Source: Alphaproteobacteria bacterium
Lineage (GTDB): Bacteria; Pseudomonadota; Alphaproteobacteria; UBA828
NCBI GenBank assembly: GCA_965220745.1
Contig: CBDCQT010000012.1
Span: forward strand, 800,001 to 864,000
Direction: 5' to 3'
DNA: 64,000 nucleotides
The notes under the pieces were generated by a model that searched no databases, was not told the origin of the DNA, and was given only the letters and a program-made list of their open reading frames with translations. This document shows positions 19,119-28,961 of this stretch, piece by piece; the stretch's first letter is position 1, and each line of letters starts with the position of its first letter. The position numbers and the translations under genes are program-made.

Positions 19119-19973
19119 ATGATCCTGCTGACTGGGGCGACCGGAACCACCGGCAGCCCGACCGTCGCGCAGCTGCGTGCGACGGGCCGGCCGTTCCGGA
19201 TCATGAGCCGCGACGTGGCGCGGGCGAGGCGGCAGTTCGGCGAGGACCTGGACTATGTCGAGGGCGACTTCGCGCAGCCCGAGACCCTCGACGCCGCGTT
19301 CGAAGGGATCGAGACCCTCTCGCTCCTCTGCGCCTTCTCCGAAGCGATGGTCGAGCTGGAGCTGAACGCGGTGGAGGCCGCGAAGCGGGCGGGAATCCGC
19401 CGCATCGTCAAGATGTCGGCGATCAAGGCCGCGCCCGATGCGCCCACCACAATCCGCCGTTGGCACGGGGAGATCGAGCGGCGCATCGACGAGAGCGGCA
19501 TCCCCCGCACCCACCTCTGGCCCAACGCCTTCATGCAGAATTTCAGGCGCTTCGCCCCGCTCATCAGGGAGCGCGGCGAGTTCTACGCCCCGGTGGGGGA
19601 CGCCCGGATCTCGCTGGTGGAGATCGAGGACGTGGCGGCGGTGACGGTCGCGGCGCTGGTCGACGACGAACACGAGGGCGAGACCTACGAGATCACCGGG
19701 CCGGAGGCGATCTCCTATGCCGAGTGCGCGGCGATCCTCTCGGAGGAGCTGGGCCGGCAGGTGCGCTACGTCTCCGTCAGCGACGAGGACGCACGCGCCG
19801 CGCTGGTCGAGGCCGGCATCGGGCCCAAGGCGGCGCATGCGCTGGTCGAGATCGACGGCCTGTTCCGCACGGGCTTCGGCGCGCCGGTGACCGACGTTGT
19901 CGAGCGGGTGACCGGGCGCGCGCCCCGGGACTTCCGCACCTTCGCGCGCGAGAACCTGGCGCTCTTCCAGTAA
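19119..19973 (+). CDS. NmrA-like/SDR NAD(P)-binding oxidoreductase
   Basis: ILLTGATGTTG, PNAFMQN, YEITGPEAIS. Confidence 0.88.
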   Translation: MILLTGATGTTGSPTVAQLRATGRPFRIMSRDVARARRQFGEDLDYVEGDFAQPETLDAAFEGIETLSLLCAFSEAMVELELNAVEAAKRAGIRRIVKMSAIKAAPDAPTTIRRWHGEIERRIDESGIPRTHLWPNAFMQNFRRFAPLIRERGEFYAPVGDARISLVEIEDVAAVTVAALVDDEHEGETYEITGPEAISYAECAAILSEELGRQVRYVSVSDEDARAALVEAGIGPKAAHALVEIDGLFRTGFGAPVTDVVERVTGRAPRDFRTFARENLALFQ

Positions 19974-19986
19974 GGCGGCGAGGCCG

Positions 19987-20898
19987 ATGAGCGACACCCC
20001 CTATCCCCGCGACATGGTGGGCTACGGCCGCAACCGCCCGCATCCGCACTGGCCGGGCGAAGCGCGCATCGCCGTGCAGTTCGTCATCAACTACGAGGAG
20101 GGCGCGGAGAACAGCATCCTCCACGGCGATGCGGGCTCGGAGACGCTGCTCACCGAGTTCGGCTTCGCGGAGTCCCGCATCGGCGAGCGCGCGCTGCCCA
20201 TCGAATCCATGTACGAGTTCGGCAGCCGCGTCGGCTTCTGGCGCCTCCATCGGCTGTTCACCGGGCGGGGCGTGCCGGTCACGATCTTCGGCGTCGCCAT
20301 GGCGCTCGCCCGCAACCCGGAGGCGGTCGCCGCGATGGTGGAGGCGGACTGGGAGATCGCGAGCCACGGCTATCGCTGGATCGACTATCACGCCGTGCCC
20401 GAGGCCGAGGAGCGCGCGCACATCGAGAAGGCGATCGCGATCCAGCAGGCGCTCACCGGCACGCGCCCGCTCGGCTACTTCCTCGGCCGCCGCAGCCCCA
20501 ACACCGTGCGGCTGGTGGCGGAGGAGGGGGGCTTCCTCTACAGCCAGGATTCCTACGCCGACGAGCTGCCCTACTGGGTGGAGGAGGCCGGACGGCGCCT
20601 GCTGATGGTGCCCTACACGGCGGACCACAACGACCACCGCTTCGCCACCGCGCCGGGCTTCGACTGGGGCGAGCCCTTCTTCGCCTACCTGCGCGATGCC
20701 TTCGACGTGCTCTATGAGGAGGGCGCGGAGCAGCCCGGCATGATGAGCATCGGCCTGCACAGCCGACTGGTGGGGCGGCCGGGGCGCTTCGCCGCGCTCA
20801 GGCGCTTCGTCGACCACGTGCTGGCCCACGACAGGGTCTGGCTCTGCCGCGGCATCGACATCGCCCGGCACTGGCGTGCGAGGGGTGACGGGCCGTAG
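19987..20898 (+). CDS. puuE: Allantoinase PuuE (polysaccharide deacetylase fold)
   Basis: YPRDMVGYG, QFVINYEEGAE, ESMYEFGSRVGFWR, SHGYRWIDY, SIGLH. Confidence 0.9.
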   Translation: MSDTPYPRDMVGYGRNRPHPHWPGEARIAVQFVINYEEGAENSILHGDAGSETLLTEFGFAESRIGERALPIESMYEFGSRVGFWRLHRLFTGRGVPVTIFGVAMALARNPEAVAAMVEADWEIASHGYRWIDYHAVPEAEERAHIEKAIAIQQALTGTRPLGYFLGRRSPNTVRLVAEEGGFLYSQDSYADELPYWVEEAGRRLLMVPYTADHNDHRFATAPGFDWGEPFFAYLRDAFDVLYEEGAEQPGMMSIGLHSRLVGRPGRFAALRRFVDHVLAHDRVWLCRGIDIARHWRARGDGP

Positions 20899-20981
20899 AT
20901 TCATGTCGTCGCGAGGGTGCTGTTCGAGAAGTTTCGATCCAGCTGTGCCGCACCCCCTTCTCGTCATGGCCGGGCTTGTCC

Positions 20982-22240
20982 CATTGCTGTCCGGTTTAGA
21001 TTTTGGCGAAGGGGATTTGGAGTTGGTCATGGGTTTGTGGCTCATCGGGCGGCGGTTCGAAGAGGTCGGTGAGCGCCCGGCGCTGGAAGGTCGTCTTGGC
21101 GACGAGGCGGGCGATGGCCTGGAGGCCGAGCCGGGTTCCGGTTCCGATCTGCGCCAGCCGCAGCAGCAGGTAGGCGATCAGCGCGGTGACGATCTGGATG
21201 CGCACGGCATTCTCGCTGGTGCCGAGGAAGTGCCGGATCTTCAGGTTCTGCTTGATCCACTTGAAGAACAGCTCGACCTGCCAGCGCCGCTTGTAGAGCG
21301 CCGCGATCTCTTCGGCTGGGGCATTGAGGTCGTTGCTGACCAGCATGATCTCCCTGCCGCTGTCGATGCGCACGGTGACCAGACGCACCGGCTTGTCGAA
21401 GGGGTTCTGGCGGCTCGCCGCCAGGCGCTTCGACAGCAAGGCGACGCGGTCGGCCACGACCGGGCCGTCCGGCTTGACCGGGCGGGTCTCGATCAGGCTT
21501 GTGGGCGAGTTCTTCTTCAGCCGGGTGACGAAGCGGCTCCCCTTGGCGTCGATGTCTGCCCAGAAGGCGAAGTCGTAATAGCCCTTGTCGAAGACGTAAG
21601 TCGCGCCGGGCTCGATGGGGAGGCGCTTGGCCGGCGTGATGTCGTTGACCCTGGCCGAGGTCACGGCAAAGCAAACGGGCGCATCTGCGTCCGGGTCGTA
21701 GACCACGTGCAGCTTGACGGCACCGTCGACCTCCCAGCTCTCGATCCGCTTGCCAACCAGGACCCGGGTCGCATCGACGAGGCGCAGCATCTCCCGCCCG
21801 CGCTGGCCCGCAGATGCGCCCAGCCGGGCGACCAGGGCCTCGAGTACGTCCTCGAACAGGGCCGCCGGACGTACCCGGTTGGCATCCGCGAGCGTAGACC
21901 GCCGCACCGGCGCCAGACCCAGATGGGCATGGACGCCCGGAAAGCGTTCCAGCGCACCGACCGCCTCGCGCAACGAGCGCGAGCCCGACAGCTGGGCGAA
22001 CACCATCGCCTGGAACTGGCTCCACGACGAAAGGCGCCGGACCCGGTAGTCCGCTCCGTGGCGCTCTGCCAGCTTGTCGAAGCGCCAGCGCGGAAACGCC
22101 TTCATCAGTCCGCCGAAAATCGTATCCTGGTAGGGCATGGCTTGGGCTCCATTGCGAGCTTCGATTCAACAGGTCTTGCAAAAACCAAGTTGAATCCAAG
22201 CCATGCACCTTGTCTACCCAAGCTAAACCGGACAGCAATG
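20982..22240 (-). mobile_element. IS4-family insertion sequence, 1259 bp
   Basis: Perfect 18-bp TIRs CATTGCTGTCCGGTTTAG (20982-20999) / CTAAACCGGACAGCAATG (22223-22240); 9-bp TSD GGCTTGTCC at 20973-20981 and 22241-22249. Confidence 0.95.
20996..22138 (-). CDS. IS4 family DDE transposase
   Basis: N-terminal FAQLSGSRSLRE, LVDAT, FDKGY, YKRRWQVELFFKWIKQNL (YREK signature). Confidence 0.95.
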   Translation of the reverse strand: MPYQDTIFGGLMKAFPRWRFDKLAERHGADYRVRRLSSWSQFQAMVFAQLSGSRSLREAVGALERFPGVHAHLGLAPVRRSTLADANRVRPAALFEDVLEALVARLGASAGQRGREMLRLVDATRVLVGKRIESWEVDGAVKLHVVYDPDADAPVCFAVTSARVNDITPAKRLPIEPGATYVFDKGYYDFAFWADIDAKGSRFVTRLKKNSPTSLIETRPVKPDGPVVADRVALLSKRLAASRQNPFDKPVRLVTVRIDSGREIMLVSNDLNAPAEEIAALYKRRWQVELFFKWIKQNLKIRHFLGTSENAVRIQIVTALIAYLLLRLAQIGTGTRLGLQAIARLVAKTTFQRRALTDLFEPPPDEPQTHDQLQIPFAKI

Positions 22241-22591
22241 GGCTTGTCCCGGCCATCCACGTCGCGCCGCCGCACCTGGTCGATATGGATGCACGGATCA
22301 AGTCCGGGCATGACGATGTGGGGGAAGGGGCGGGCGCTCGATTCATGATTCCGCGCGACGTTCGCTTGGCTTACGCGCCTCTCGGCGCGGTGCGCAGTCG
22401 CGCGCTCCGGACCTACGGTCCGGCCCTCTTTATGGCAGACGGCTCGTCTGTTGCCGGGCAAACGCCCCGGACCATGGTGCGGTGCACGGCGCGGAGCGGG
22501 GGTGTCACGATCGCGATATGAGTGCGCGAACGAACATGTTGCAGCTGGCGTCGGCGCCAAAGATGTCCATGCCGGGTCGCTGTCCCGCGGA

Positions 22592-22709
22592 ATCCCACTT
22601 ATCCCACTTATCCCACTTATCCCACTTATCCCACCTATCCCGCGTGTCCCACCTATCTCGCGTATCCCGCCTATCCCGTGTATCCCACCTATCCCGCCGA
22701 ATCCCGGCT
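22592..22709 (+). repeat. Tandem 9-bp repeat array (consensus ATCCCRCYT), ~13 units
   Basis: ATCCCACTT x4 perfect, then ATCCCACCT, ATCCCGCGT, GTCCCACCT, ATCTCGCGT, ATCCCGCCT, ATCCCGTGT, ATCCCACCT, ATCCCGCCG, ATCCCGGCT. Confidence 0.9.
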
Positions 22710-22925
22710 GGTCCCGCAAAATTTTTGGTCGTCCGTCTCACCGGGCGCCGGCGGGCGGTGCCTCTGTACCTGTCGCGGGCGTCGCCACCATGGCGGTAAG
22801 CCGGCCCGAAATCTCCCGCAGGCGGAGCCACTGCTGGTAGTAGAGGGGAAGCGACATCACCGCTCATCGAATGAGCCCCGGACTGTCGATTGCGGCGATT
22901 GGAGGCGATCGGGCGGGGCGGGCGT

Positions 22926-24854
22926 CTACTCGAATGCCGAGAGGCGCGCGAGGAGCCGGGCGATCTCAGCGTCGCTCACCTGCGCCGGGCGGTACCAGGA
23001 CCGTTCCGACGCGCTCACGATCTTCTGCCGATCCGCCGGCACATCGGGAACGAAGCCGATCCAGAGCTCGCTCATCTCGTCGGTGGTCTCCCAGCCCCAG
23101 GTCACGGTTTCGGGCTCCAGCGCAGGGTTCTGGGGATTGTCCGCCGTGTTGTCGTAGCGCACCCAGGCGTCGATGCGGCTGCCCGCCGGCAGGTGGACCG
23201 GCTCCCGGTAGGCGAAGGTGTTCTGCCAGCGGAAGTCCCAGTCGGCGATGCGGATGAGCGGCCGCTCGCTGCCGTCGGGCAGGGTCGCGATGGCGATGAA
23301 CTCGCGGCCGAGAAAGTGCATGTGCGGGGTGACGTCGGTCAGTGACATGCCGGAGGGGACGTCCATCGAGAAGCGACGCCAGTAGTTCTCCTCGCCCGGC
23401 GGAATGCGCAGGTCCTGGGTGCCGATGACCACGCCGTCGACGTAGCGCTCGACCGGCGCCGAGGCGAAGTGGAAGCCCACCGCGCTCCGGTCGGTGGTGG
23501 CCTTGCCGTTCAGGTGATAGTGCACCTCCAGCACCATGTCCCCGCCCCTGGGCAGCCACATGCCCAGCCCCTTGTCGAGGACGTAGGGCTGCACCCCCGG
23601 CGCCCAGCCGCCGATGCCGTAAGCGTTGTAGTCGAGGAACGCCCCGGTGCCGAAGACCGAGAACCCCGGTTCCGCGTCCTTCGCGTCCGCCGCCCTGGCG
23701 CGCCCGCTGTAGTCCATGAGGTAGTTGGCGTGATGGACCACCTTGGCATCGCCGGGGCTGAATTCGAGCGCTGCCACCACCTTGTCCTCGGCGAAGCCGG
23801 TGGGGATGATGAAGTAGCGATAGATGTCGTCGCCGTCCGCCGGCACCTGGAAGGGCTCGGTCATGCTGAGCACCAGGTCCGGCTCGCCCAATTGCCACTT
23901 CGAGCTGGAGCGAACGGAGGCCGGCATGGGGTCGTCGGAATCGCCCAGCCGGGCGCCGTTCTCCGACCACGACGCCAGCAGCGCGATCTGGCGGTCGCTC
24001 AGGCGTCGCGCATCGCGGAACGCGCCGAAGCCTTTCACCGCCCGCCACGGCGGCATCAGGCGCTCGCCGGCCATGAAGGAGACCATGCGGTGCCAGCGCT
24101 TCGCGTTGTCGTAGCCCTCGAGGGAGAAGGGGGCGATGCCGCCCTGCCGGTGGCATTCCACGCAGTTCGCTTCGAGCAACGGGGCGATGTGGCGGTTGTA
24201 GGTGATCTCGGCGGGGGCGCCCGCAGCGGTGCGGCGCCAGTCGTGGTGAAAGCACCCGACCGCTTCGGTGGCATAGGGCTCGGGCTGGCCGCCGTTCGCC
24301 AGCGCCTCGATGACGGTGCGCAGGTCGTGCGAGGAGATCCGCGTGCGCAGCCTGCCCACGGCGGCGAAGCGATCGTCGATGCGGCCCCGGTAGACGACCC
24401 GGTCGGCAGCGGAGATCGCGAAGGCCTCCGACATCACGCGGGGGCCGAGGCGGAGTGCCAGATCGCCGGTGCTGTCCAGGATGACCGGGAATGCGATGCC
24501 GAACTCGTCCACGAAATCCACGCTCTGGCGCCAAGTGATGTCGGGGTTCGACAGGACGCCATAGAGCGCCACGCCATTCGCGCGCGCTTCGGCGTGAAGC
24601 GCGTTGAGCGTGGGCACGTAGCGCGTGGCGACGGGGCAGGCGGTATCGAGGAAGACCAGGACTGTCGGTTGCACCGTCCCCGTGGTGACGCCGATGCGGT
24701 GATGGTGGCCTTTCACGTCGGTCACGCGGACTCCGATCAGATCGACCGCGTCGCCGGGTCCCGGCGCGGCGGCACTCGTCATCGCCGGCGCAGCGGCCAT
24801 CAGGCAGACGAGAGCGAGCAAGGCGCCAAGTCGTTTCGCGATCGCGTTCATCAT
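22926..24854 (-). CDS. Secreted redoxin + cytochrome c + copper type II (PHM/DBH-like) monooxygenase multidomain protein
   Basis: Signal peptide, redoxin CPVA..YRGRIDD..GC, heme CVECH, MPPW, VVHH, PHMH, DEM. Confidence 0.85.
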   Translation of the reverse strand: MMNAIAKRLGALLALVCLMAAAPAMTSAAAPGPGDAVDLIGVRVTDVKGHHHRIGVTTGTVQPTVLVFLDTACPVATRYVPTLNALHAEARANGVALYGVLSNPDITWRQSVDFVDEFGIAFPVILDSTGDLALRLGPRVMSEAFAISAADRVVYRGRIDDRFAAVGRLRTRISSHDLRTVIEALANGGQPEPYATEAVGCFHHDWRRTAAGAPAEITYNRHIAPLLEANCVECHRQGGIAPFSLEGYDNAKRWHRMVSFMAGERLMPPWRAVKGFGAFRDARRLSDRQIALLASWSENGARLGDSDDPMPASVRSSSKWQLGEPDLVLSMTEPFQVPADGDDIYRYFIIPTGFAEDKVVAALEFSPGDAKVVHHANYLMDYSGRARAADAKDAEPGFSVFGTGAFLDYNAYGIGGWAPGVQPYVLDKGLGMWLPRGGDMVLEVHYHLNGKATTDRSAVGFHFASAPVERYVDGVVIGTQDLRIPPGEENYWRRFSMDVPSGMSLTDVTPHMHFLGREFIAIATLPDGSERPLIRIADWDFRWQNTFAYREPVHLPAGSRIDAWVRYDNTADNPQNPALEPETVTWGWETTDEMSELWIGFVPDVPADRQKIVSASERSWYRPAQVSDAEIARLLARLSAFE

Positions 24855-25402
24855 GAGCCCAATCCTTCGAGCAGTGTGCGCAGTGCCAGGTTGGCCGCGT
24901 GCGCGGGCGCGAGATTTCCCGCCGCGACTTCCGACCAGGCGAGCCAGACCTGTGCATCGATGTTGACGACCGCCCAGCTGCGCGGCACGTCGGCGGCGAT
25001 CACGCCTTCCGCCTTGAGGTCGTCCACCAGGTGCCCCAACCAGTCGAGCTCCTCGGCGTATCGCTTGCGCACGGCTTCGTCGTCGACGGCCTCGGAGACC
25101 AGAAAGTGGTAGCGATCGCCGAGCGGCACCACCGCTTCCAGCATGCGCGACAGGCGATCCCGTGCCGTGCGCGCGTCAGCGAGCGCTTCGATGGTCGCGG
25201 CGTCGATCTCGTCCATGCACTGCCTGGAGGCGGCGGCGATAAGGTCGCCACGAGAGGAGAAATGGCGGTGCAGGCTCGCCCGGCCCACGCCCGCACGGGT
25301 CGCGATCTCGGAGAGGGACGCACCGGGGTTGCGCGCAAGCGTGTCGATGGCCGCATCGAGTACGGCCTGCCGTGTCGAGGGTCTGAGCGGTCGTTCAGGC
25401 AT
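24851..25402 (-). CDS. TetR/AcrR family regulator
   Basis: HTH ASLSEIATRAGVGRASLHRHF; ATGA overlap with the downstream gene. Confidence 0.92.
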   Translation of the reverse strand: MPERPLRPSTRQAVLDAAIDTLARNPGASLSEIATRAGVGRASLHRHFSSRGDLIAAASRQCMDEIDAATIEALADARTARDRLSRMLEAVVPLGDRYHFLVSEAVDDEAVRKRYAEELDWLGHLVDDLKAEGVIAADVPRSWAVVNIDAQVWLAWSEVAAGNLAPAHAANLALRTLLEGLGS

Positions 25403-25409
25403 GGAGCTG

Positions 25410-25437
25410 TGATACAATATTGTCTCATATGAGGCAA
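25410..25437. promoter_or_regulatory. Two overlapping 18-bp palindromes, putative TetR operator
   Basis: TGATACAATATTGTCTCA (25410-25427) and TTGTCTCATATGAGGCAA (25420-25437), each with one mismatched pair, just upstream of tetR. Confidence 0.7.
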
Positions 25438-25527
25438 CATTCAACCCCTTGCGTGTCGCCCGCCTCGCGGCGTGGCGTGATAGGATCGCGCGCCTCGACG
25501 CCAACCACGATCCCAGGTGCCCCGTCC

Positions 25528-26865
25528 ATGCCTCTCGACGACATCAACTACCCCGAGAATCCCAACGATCTCGAAGCCTTCTGGATGCCGTTCACGGCGA
25601 ACAAGGGCTACAAGCAGAAGCCGCGCCTGATGACGCGGGCCAAGGGCATGCACTACTACACGCCGGGCGGCCGCGAGATCCTGGACGGCACCGCAGGGCT
25701 CTGGTGTTGCAACGCGGGCCACGGGCACGAGAGGATCGTGGCGGCGATCAAGGCGCAGGCCGAGCGCATGGACTTCGCGCCGACCTTCCAGCTCGGCCAC
25801 CCGGCCGCCTTCGAGTTCGCGAACCGGCTGGTGGACCTCGCGCCCGGCGACCTCGATCACGTCTTCTTCACCAACTCGGGCTCGGAGTCGGCGGACACCG
25901 CGCTGAAGATCGCGCTCGGCTATCACTACGTGCGCGGCAAGGGCTCGAAGACCCGGCTGATCGGGCGCGAGCGGGGCTACCACGGCACCAACTTCGGCGG
26001 CACGTCCGTCGGCGGCATCGTAAAGAACCGCATGTTCTACGGCAGCCTGCTCTCGGGCGTGGACCACATCCGCCACACCCACGACCTGGAGCACCAGGCC
26101 TTCAGCCGCGGCGAGCCCGAATGGGGCGTGCACCTGGCGGACGACCTGGAGCGGCTGGCGGCGCTGCACGATCCCTCCACCATCGCCGCGGTGATCGTGG
26201 AGCCGGTGGCGGGCTCCACAGGCGTGCTGGTGCCGCCCAGGGGCTACCTGCGCCGGCTCCGCGAAATCTGCGACAAGCACGACATCCTGCTGATCTTCGA
26301 CGAGGTGATCACCGGGTTCGGCCGCCTCGGCGCGAGCTTCGCCGCCGATTACTTCGACGTGCAGCCGGACATCCTGACCACCGCCAAGGGGCTCACCAAC
26401 GCGACCGTGCCCATGGGCGCGGTGTTCTGCCGGGGCAAGATCTACGACGCCTTCATCGAGAACACCGAGCAGGGGATCGAGCTGTTTCACGGCTATACCT
26501 ACTCCGGCCATCCACTCGCGTCGGCGGCGGGGATCGCGACGCTCGACGTCTACCGCGAGGAAGGGCTGTTCGAGCGCGCCGCCGAGCTTGCGCCCTACTG
26601 GGAGGACGCGCTCTGGTCGCTCAAGGGCGGGCACCACGTGATCGACCTGCGCAACCTCGGCATCGTCGCCGGAATCGAGCTGGAGCCTCGCCCCGGCGCG
26701 CCCACCGCGCGCGCGACCGAGACCTTCCACAAGTGCTTCGACGAGGGCGTGCTGATCCGGGTCACGGCGGACACCATCGCGCTCTCGCCGCCGCTGATTG
26801 TGGAGAAGGACCAGATCGACCGCATCTTCGACACCATCGGCGGCGTACTGAAGACGGTGGGCTGA
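25528..26865 (+). CDS. Omega-amino acid (beta-alanine):pyruvate aminotransferase, class III
   Basis: [46 protein letters not shown]. Confidence 0.92.
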   Translation: MPLDDINYPENPNDLEAFWMPFTANKGYKQKPRLMTRAKGMHYYTPGGREILDGTAGLWCCNAGHGHERIVAAIKAQAERMDFAPTFQLGHPAAFEFANRLVDLAPGDLDHVFFTNSGSESADTALKIALGYHYVRGKGSKTRLIGRERGYHGTNFGGTSVGGIVKNRMFYGSLLSGVDHIRHTHDLEHQAFSRGEPEWGVHLADDLERLAALHDPSTIAAVIVEPVAGSTGVLVPPRGYLRRLREICDKHDILLIFDEVITGFGRLGASFAADYFDVQPDILTTAKGLTNATVPMGAVFCRGKIYDAFIENTEQGIELFHGYTYSGHPLASAAGIATLDVYREEGLFERAAELAPYWEDALWSLKGGHHVIDLRNLGIVAGIELEPRPGAPTARATETFHKCFDEGVLIRVTADTIALSPPLIVEKDQIDRIFDTIGGVLKTVG

Positions 26866-26896
26866 GCGCGCGGGCGGACGACGGAGGAGCGGCAGG

Positions 26897-28096
26897 ATGA
26901 CGCGGGCCTATATCGTCGGCACCCTCGATACCAAGGGGGATGAGCTGCTCTATCTCCGTGACCTGCTCGCGGCAGACGGCGTGCAGGCGTGTGTCGTGGA
27001 CGTGGGTACCGGCGGCGGCGCACGGCCCGCCGGCGTGGACGTGAGCGCGGCGGAGGTCGCCGCCCATCACCCTGACGGCGCCGATGCAGTGCTGAGCCTT
27101 GAGGACCGCGGCCAGGCGGTCGCCGCCATGGGGGAGGCGCTGGCGCGCTTCCTGCCGACGCGCGACGACATCGGCGGGGTGATCGGGGCCGGGGGCTCCG
27201 GCAATACCGCGCTGGTTTCCATCGGCATGCAGGCGCTCCCCATCGGGGTGCCGCGGGTGCTGGTCTCCACCGTGGCCTCCGGCAACGTCGCGCCCTATGT
27301 CGGGCCCAACGACATCACCATGATGTACTCGGTGGTGGACATCGCCGGGCTTAACCGCATCTCGCGGGTGGTGCTCGCCAACGCGGCCCACGCGCTCGCC
27401 GGCATGATGCGGGGCGAGGCGCCGGCGGCCGAGGACAAGCCCGCCATCGGGCTGACCATGTTCGGCGTCACCACACCCTGTGTCGACAAGGTCCGCGCCG
27501 CGCTTGAGGCGCGCTACGACTGCCTGGTCTTCCACGCGACCGGGACCGGCGGGCGCTCCATGGAGAAGCTGGTCGATTCAGGCCTGGTGCTGGGCTGCAT
27601 CGACAGCACCACGACCGAGGTGTGCGACCACCTGATGGGCGGCGTCTTCAGCGCGGGCGAGGATCGGCTCGGCGCCTTCGCGCGGACCGGCCTGCCCTAC
27701 GTGGGCTCGTGCGGGGCGCTCGACATGGTGAACTTCGGGGCGCGCGAGACCGTGCCGGCGCAGTACGAAGGCCGTACCTTCCACATCCACAATCCCAACG
27801 TGACGCTCATGCGGACGACGCCGGACGAGAACCGGGCCATGGGCGAGTGGATCGGCGCCAGGCTCAACGCCTGCGCGGGGCCGGTGCGGTTCCTGATCCC
27901 GGAGCAGGGGGTCTCGCTGATCGACGCGCCAGGGATGCCGTTCCACGACCCGGAGGCGGACGCGGCGCTCTTCGACGCGCTGGAGCGGACGGTCGAGCAG
28001 ACCGACGTGCGGCGCCTGATCCGCCTGCCGCTCCACATCAACGACGACGATTTCGCCCAGGCTCTCGTGGAGAGCTGGAACGAGATCGCCGCCTGA
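26897..28096 (+). CDS. UPF0261 / Tm-1-like ATP-binding domain protein
   Basis: [56 protein letters not shown]. Confidence 0.92.
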   Translation: MTRAYIVGTLDTKGDELLYLRDLLAADGVQACVVDVGTGGGARPAGVDVSAAEVAAHHPDGADAVLSLEDRGQAVAAMGEALARFLPTRDDIGGVIGAGGSGNTALVSIGMQALPIGVPRVLVSTVASGNVAPYVGPNDITMMYSVVDIAGLNRISRVVLANAAHALAGMMRGEAPAAEDKPAIGLTMFGVTTPCVDKVRAALEARYDCLVFHATGTGGRSMEKLVDSGLVLGCIDSTTTEVCDHLMGGVFSAGEDRLGAFARTGLPYVGSCGALDMVNFGARETVPAQYEGRTFHIHNPNVTLMRTTPDENRAMGEWIGARLNACAGPVRFLIPEQGVSLIDAPGMPFHDPEADAALFDALERTVEQTDVRRLIRLPLHINDDDFAQALVESWNEIAA

Positions 28097-28118
28097 GCCA
28101 GACCCAGGGAGACCCACA

Positions 28119-28949
28119 GTGCCGGGCATGGATCGCCGCACGCTGCTGGACAAGTTTCACGGCATGATCGCCCGCCGCGAGCCGATCATCGGCGGCGGCG
28201 CCGGCACCGGGCTCTCGGCCAAGTGCGAGGAGGCGGGCGGCATCGACCTCATCGTGATCTACAACTCGGGCCGCTATCGCATGGCGGGCCGAGGCTCGCT
28301 TGCCGGCCTGCTCGCCTACGGCAACGCCAACGAGATCGTGAAGGAGATGGCGCACGAGGTGATCCCCGTGGTGCGCGAGACGCCGGTGCTCGCCGGCGTG
28401 AACGGCACCGATCCCTTCATGGTGCTCGACCGCTTCCTGGACGAGCTCAAGGCGCTGGGGTTCGCGGGCGTGCAGAACTTCCCGACCGTCGGGCTGATCG
28501 ACGGCGTCTTCCGCGCCAATCTGGAAGAGACCGGCATGGGCTACGGCCTGGAGGTGGACATGATCCGCGCGGCCCACGAGGCGGACCTGCTGACCACGCC
28601 TTACGTCTTCTCCGAAGACGACGCGGTCACCATGGCGCAGGCCGGGGCCGACATCATCGTCTGCCACATGGGGCTCACCACCAGCGGCACCATCGGCGCG
28701 CAGACCGCGAAGTCGCTGGAGGAGTGCGTGACGCTGATCGACGCGTGGGCGCTCGCGGCCAAGGCCGTGCGGGACGACGTGATTGTGCTCTGCCACGGCG
28801 GGCCTATCGCTTCGCCCGGGGACGCGACATTTGTGCTGCAGAACGCCGGGCACGTGCACGGTTTCTACGGTGCTAGCAGCATGGAGCGCCTGCCCACCGA
28901 GGTCGCCATGACCGCGCAGACCAGGGCGTTCAAGGCGATCAGCTTCTGA
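28119..28949 (+). CDS. TIM-barrel signal-transduction / PEP hydrolase-like protein (Tm-1 C-terminal domain homolog; start may be 28128)
   Basis: [46 protein letters not shown]. Confidence 0.92.
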   Translation: MPGMDRRTLLDKFHGMIARREPIIGGGAGTGLSAKCEEAGGIDLIVIYNSGRYRMAGRGSLAGLLAYGNANEIVKEMAHEVIPVVRETPVLAGVNGTDPFMVLDRFLDELKALGFAGVQNFPTVGLIDGVFRANLEETGMGYGLEVDMIRAAHEADLLTTPYVFSEDDAVTMAQAGADIIVCHMGLTTSGTIGAQTAKSLEECVTLIDAWALAAKAVRDDVIVLCHGGPIASPGDATFVLQNAGHVHGFYGASSMERLPTEVAMTAQTRAFKAISF

Positions 28950-28961
28950 GGGGGTGACGCC

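Larger units (their letters stand above)
20963..22314. repeat. Alphaproteobacterial REP-type palindrome pair, first unit split by the IS
   Basis: Removing the IS and one TSD copy restores GTCATGGCCGGGCTTGTCCCGGCCATCCAC; inverted partner TGGATGCACGGATCAAGTCCGGGCATGAC at 22286-22314. Confidence 0.8.

Noticed and set aside
22592-22709. CRISPR array or a PTY/IPL/WDK-repeat protein
   Set aside because: Units are contiguous 9-mers with no unique spacers and no cas genes. The repeat is open in several frames, so the ORFs are uninformative, and none has a convincing start or RBS.
28119-28949. Second PEP mutase or phosphonopyruvate hydrolase linked to pepM
   Set aside because: Lacks the EDK-X5-NS motif, belongs to the Tm-1-associated TIM-barrel family, and lies 14 kb from pepM.
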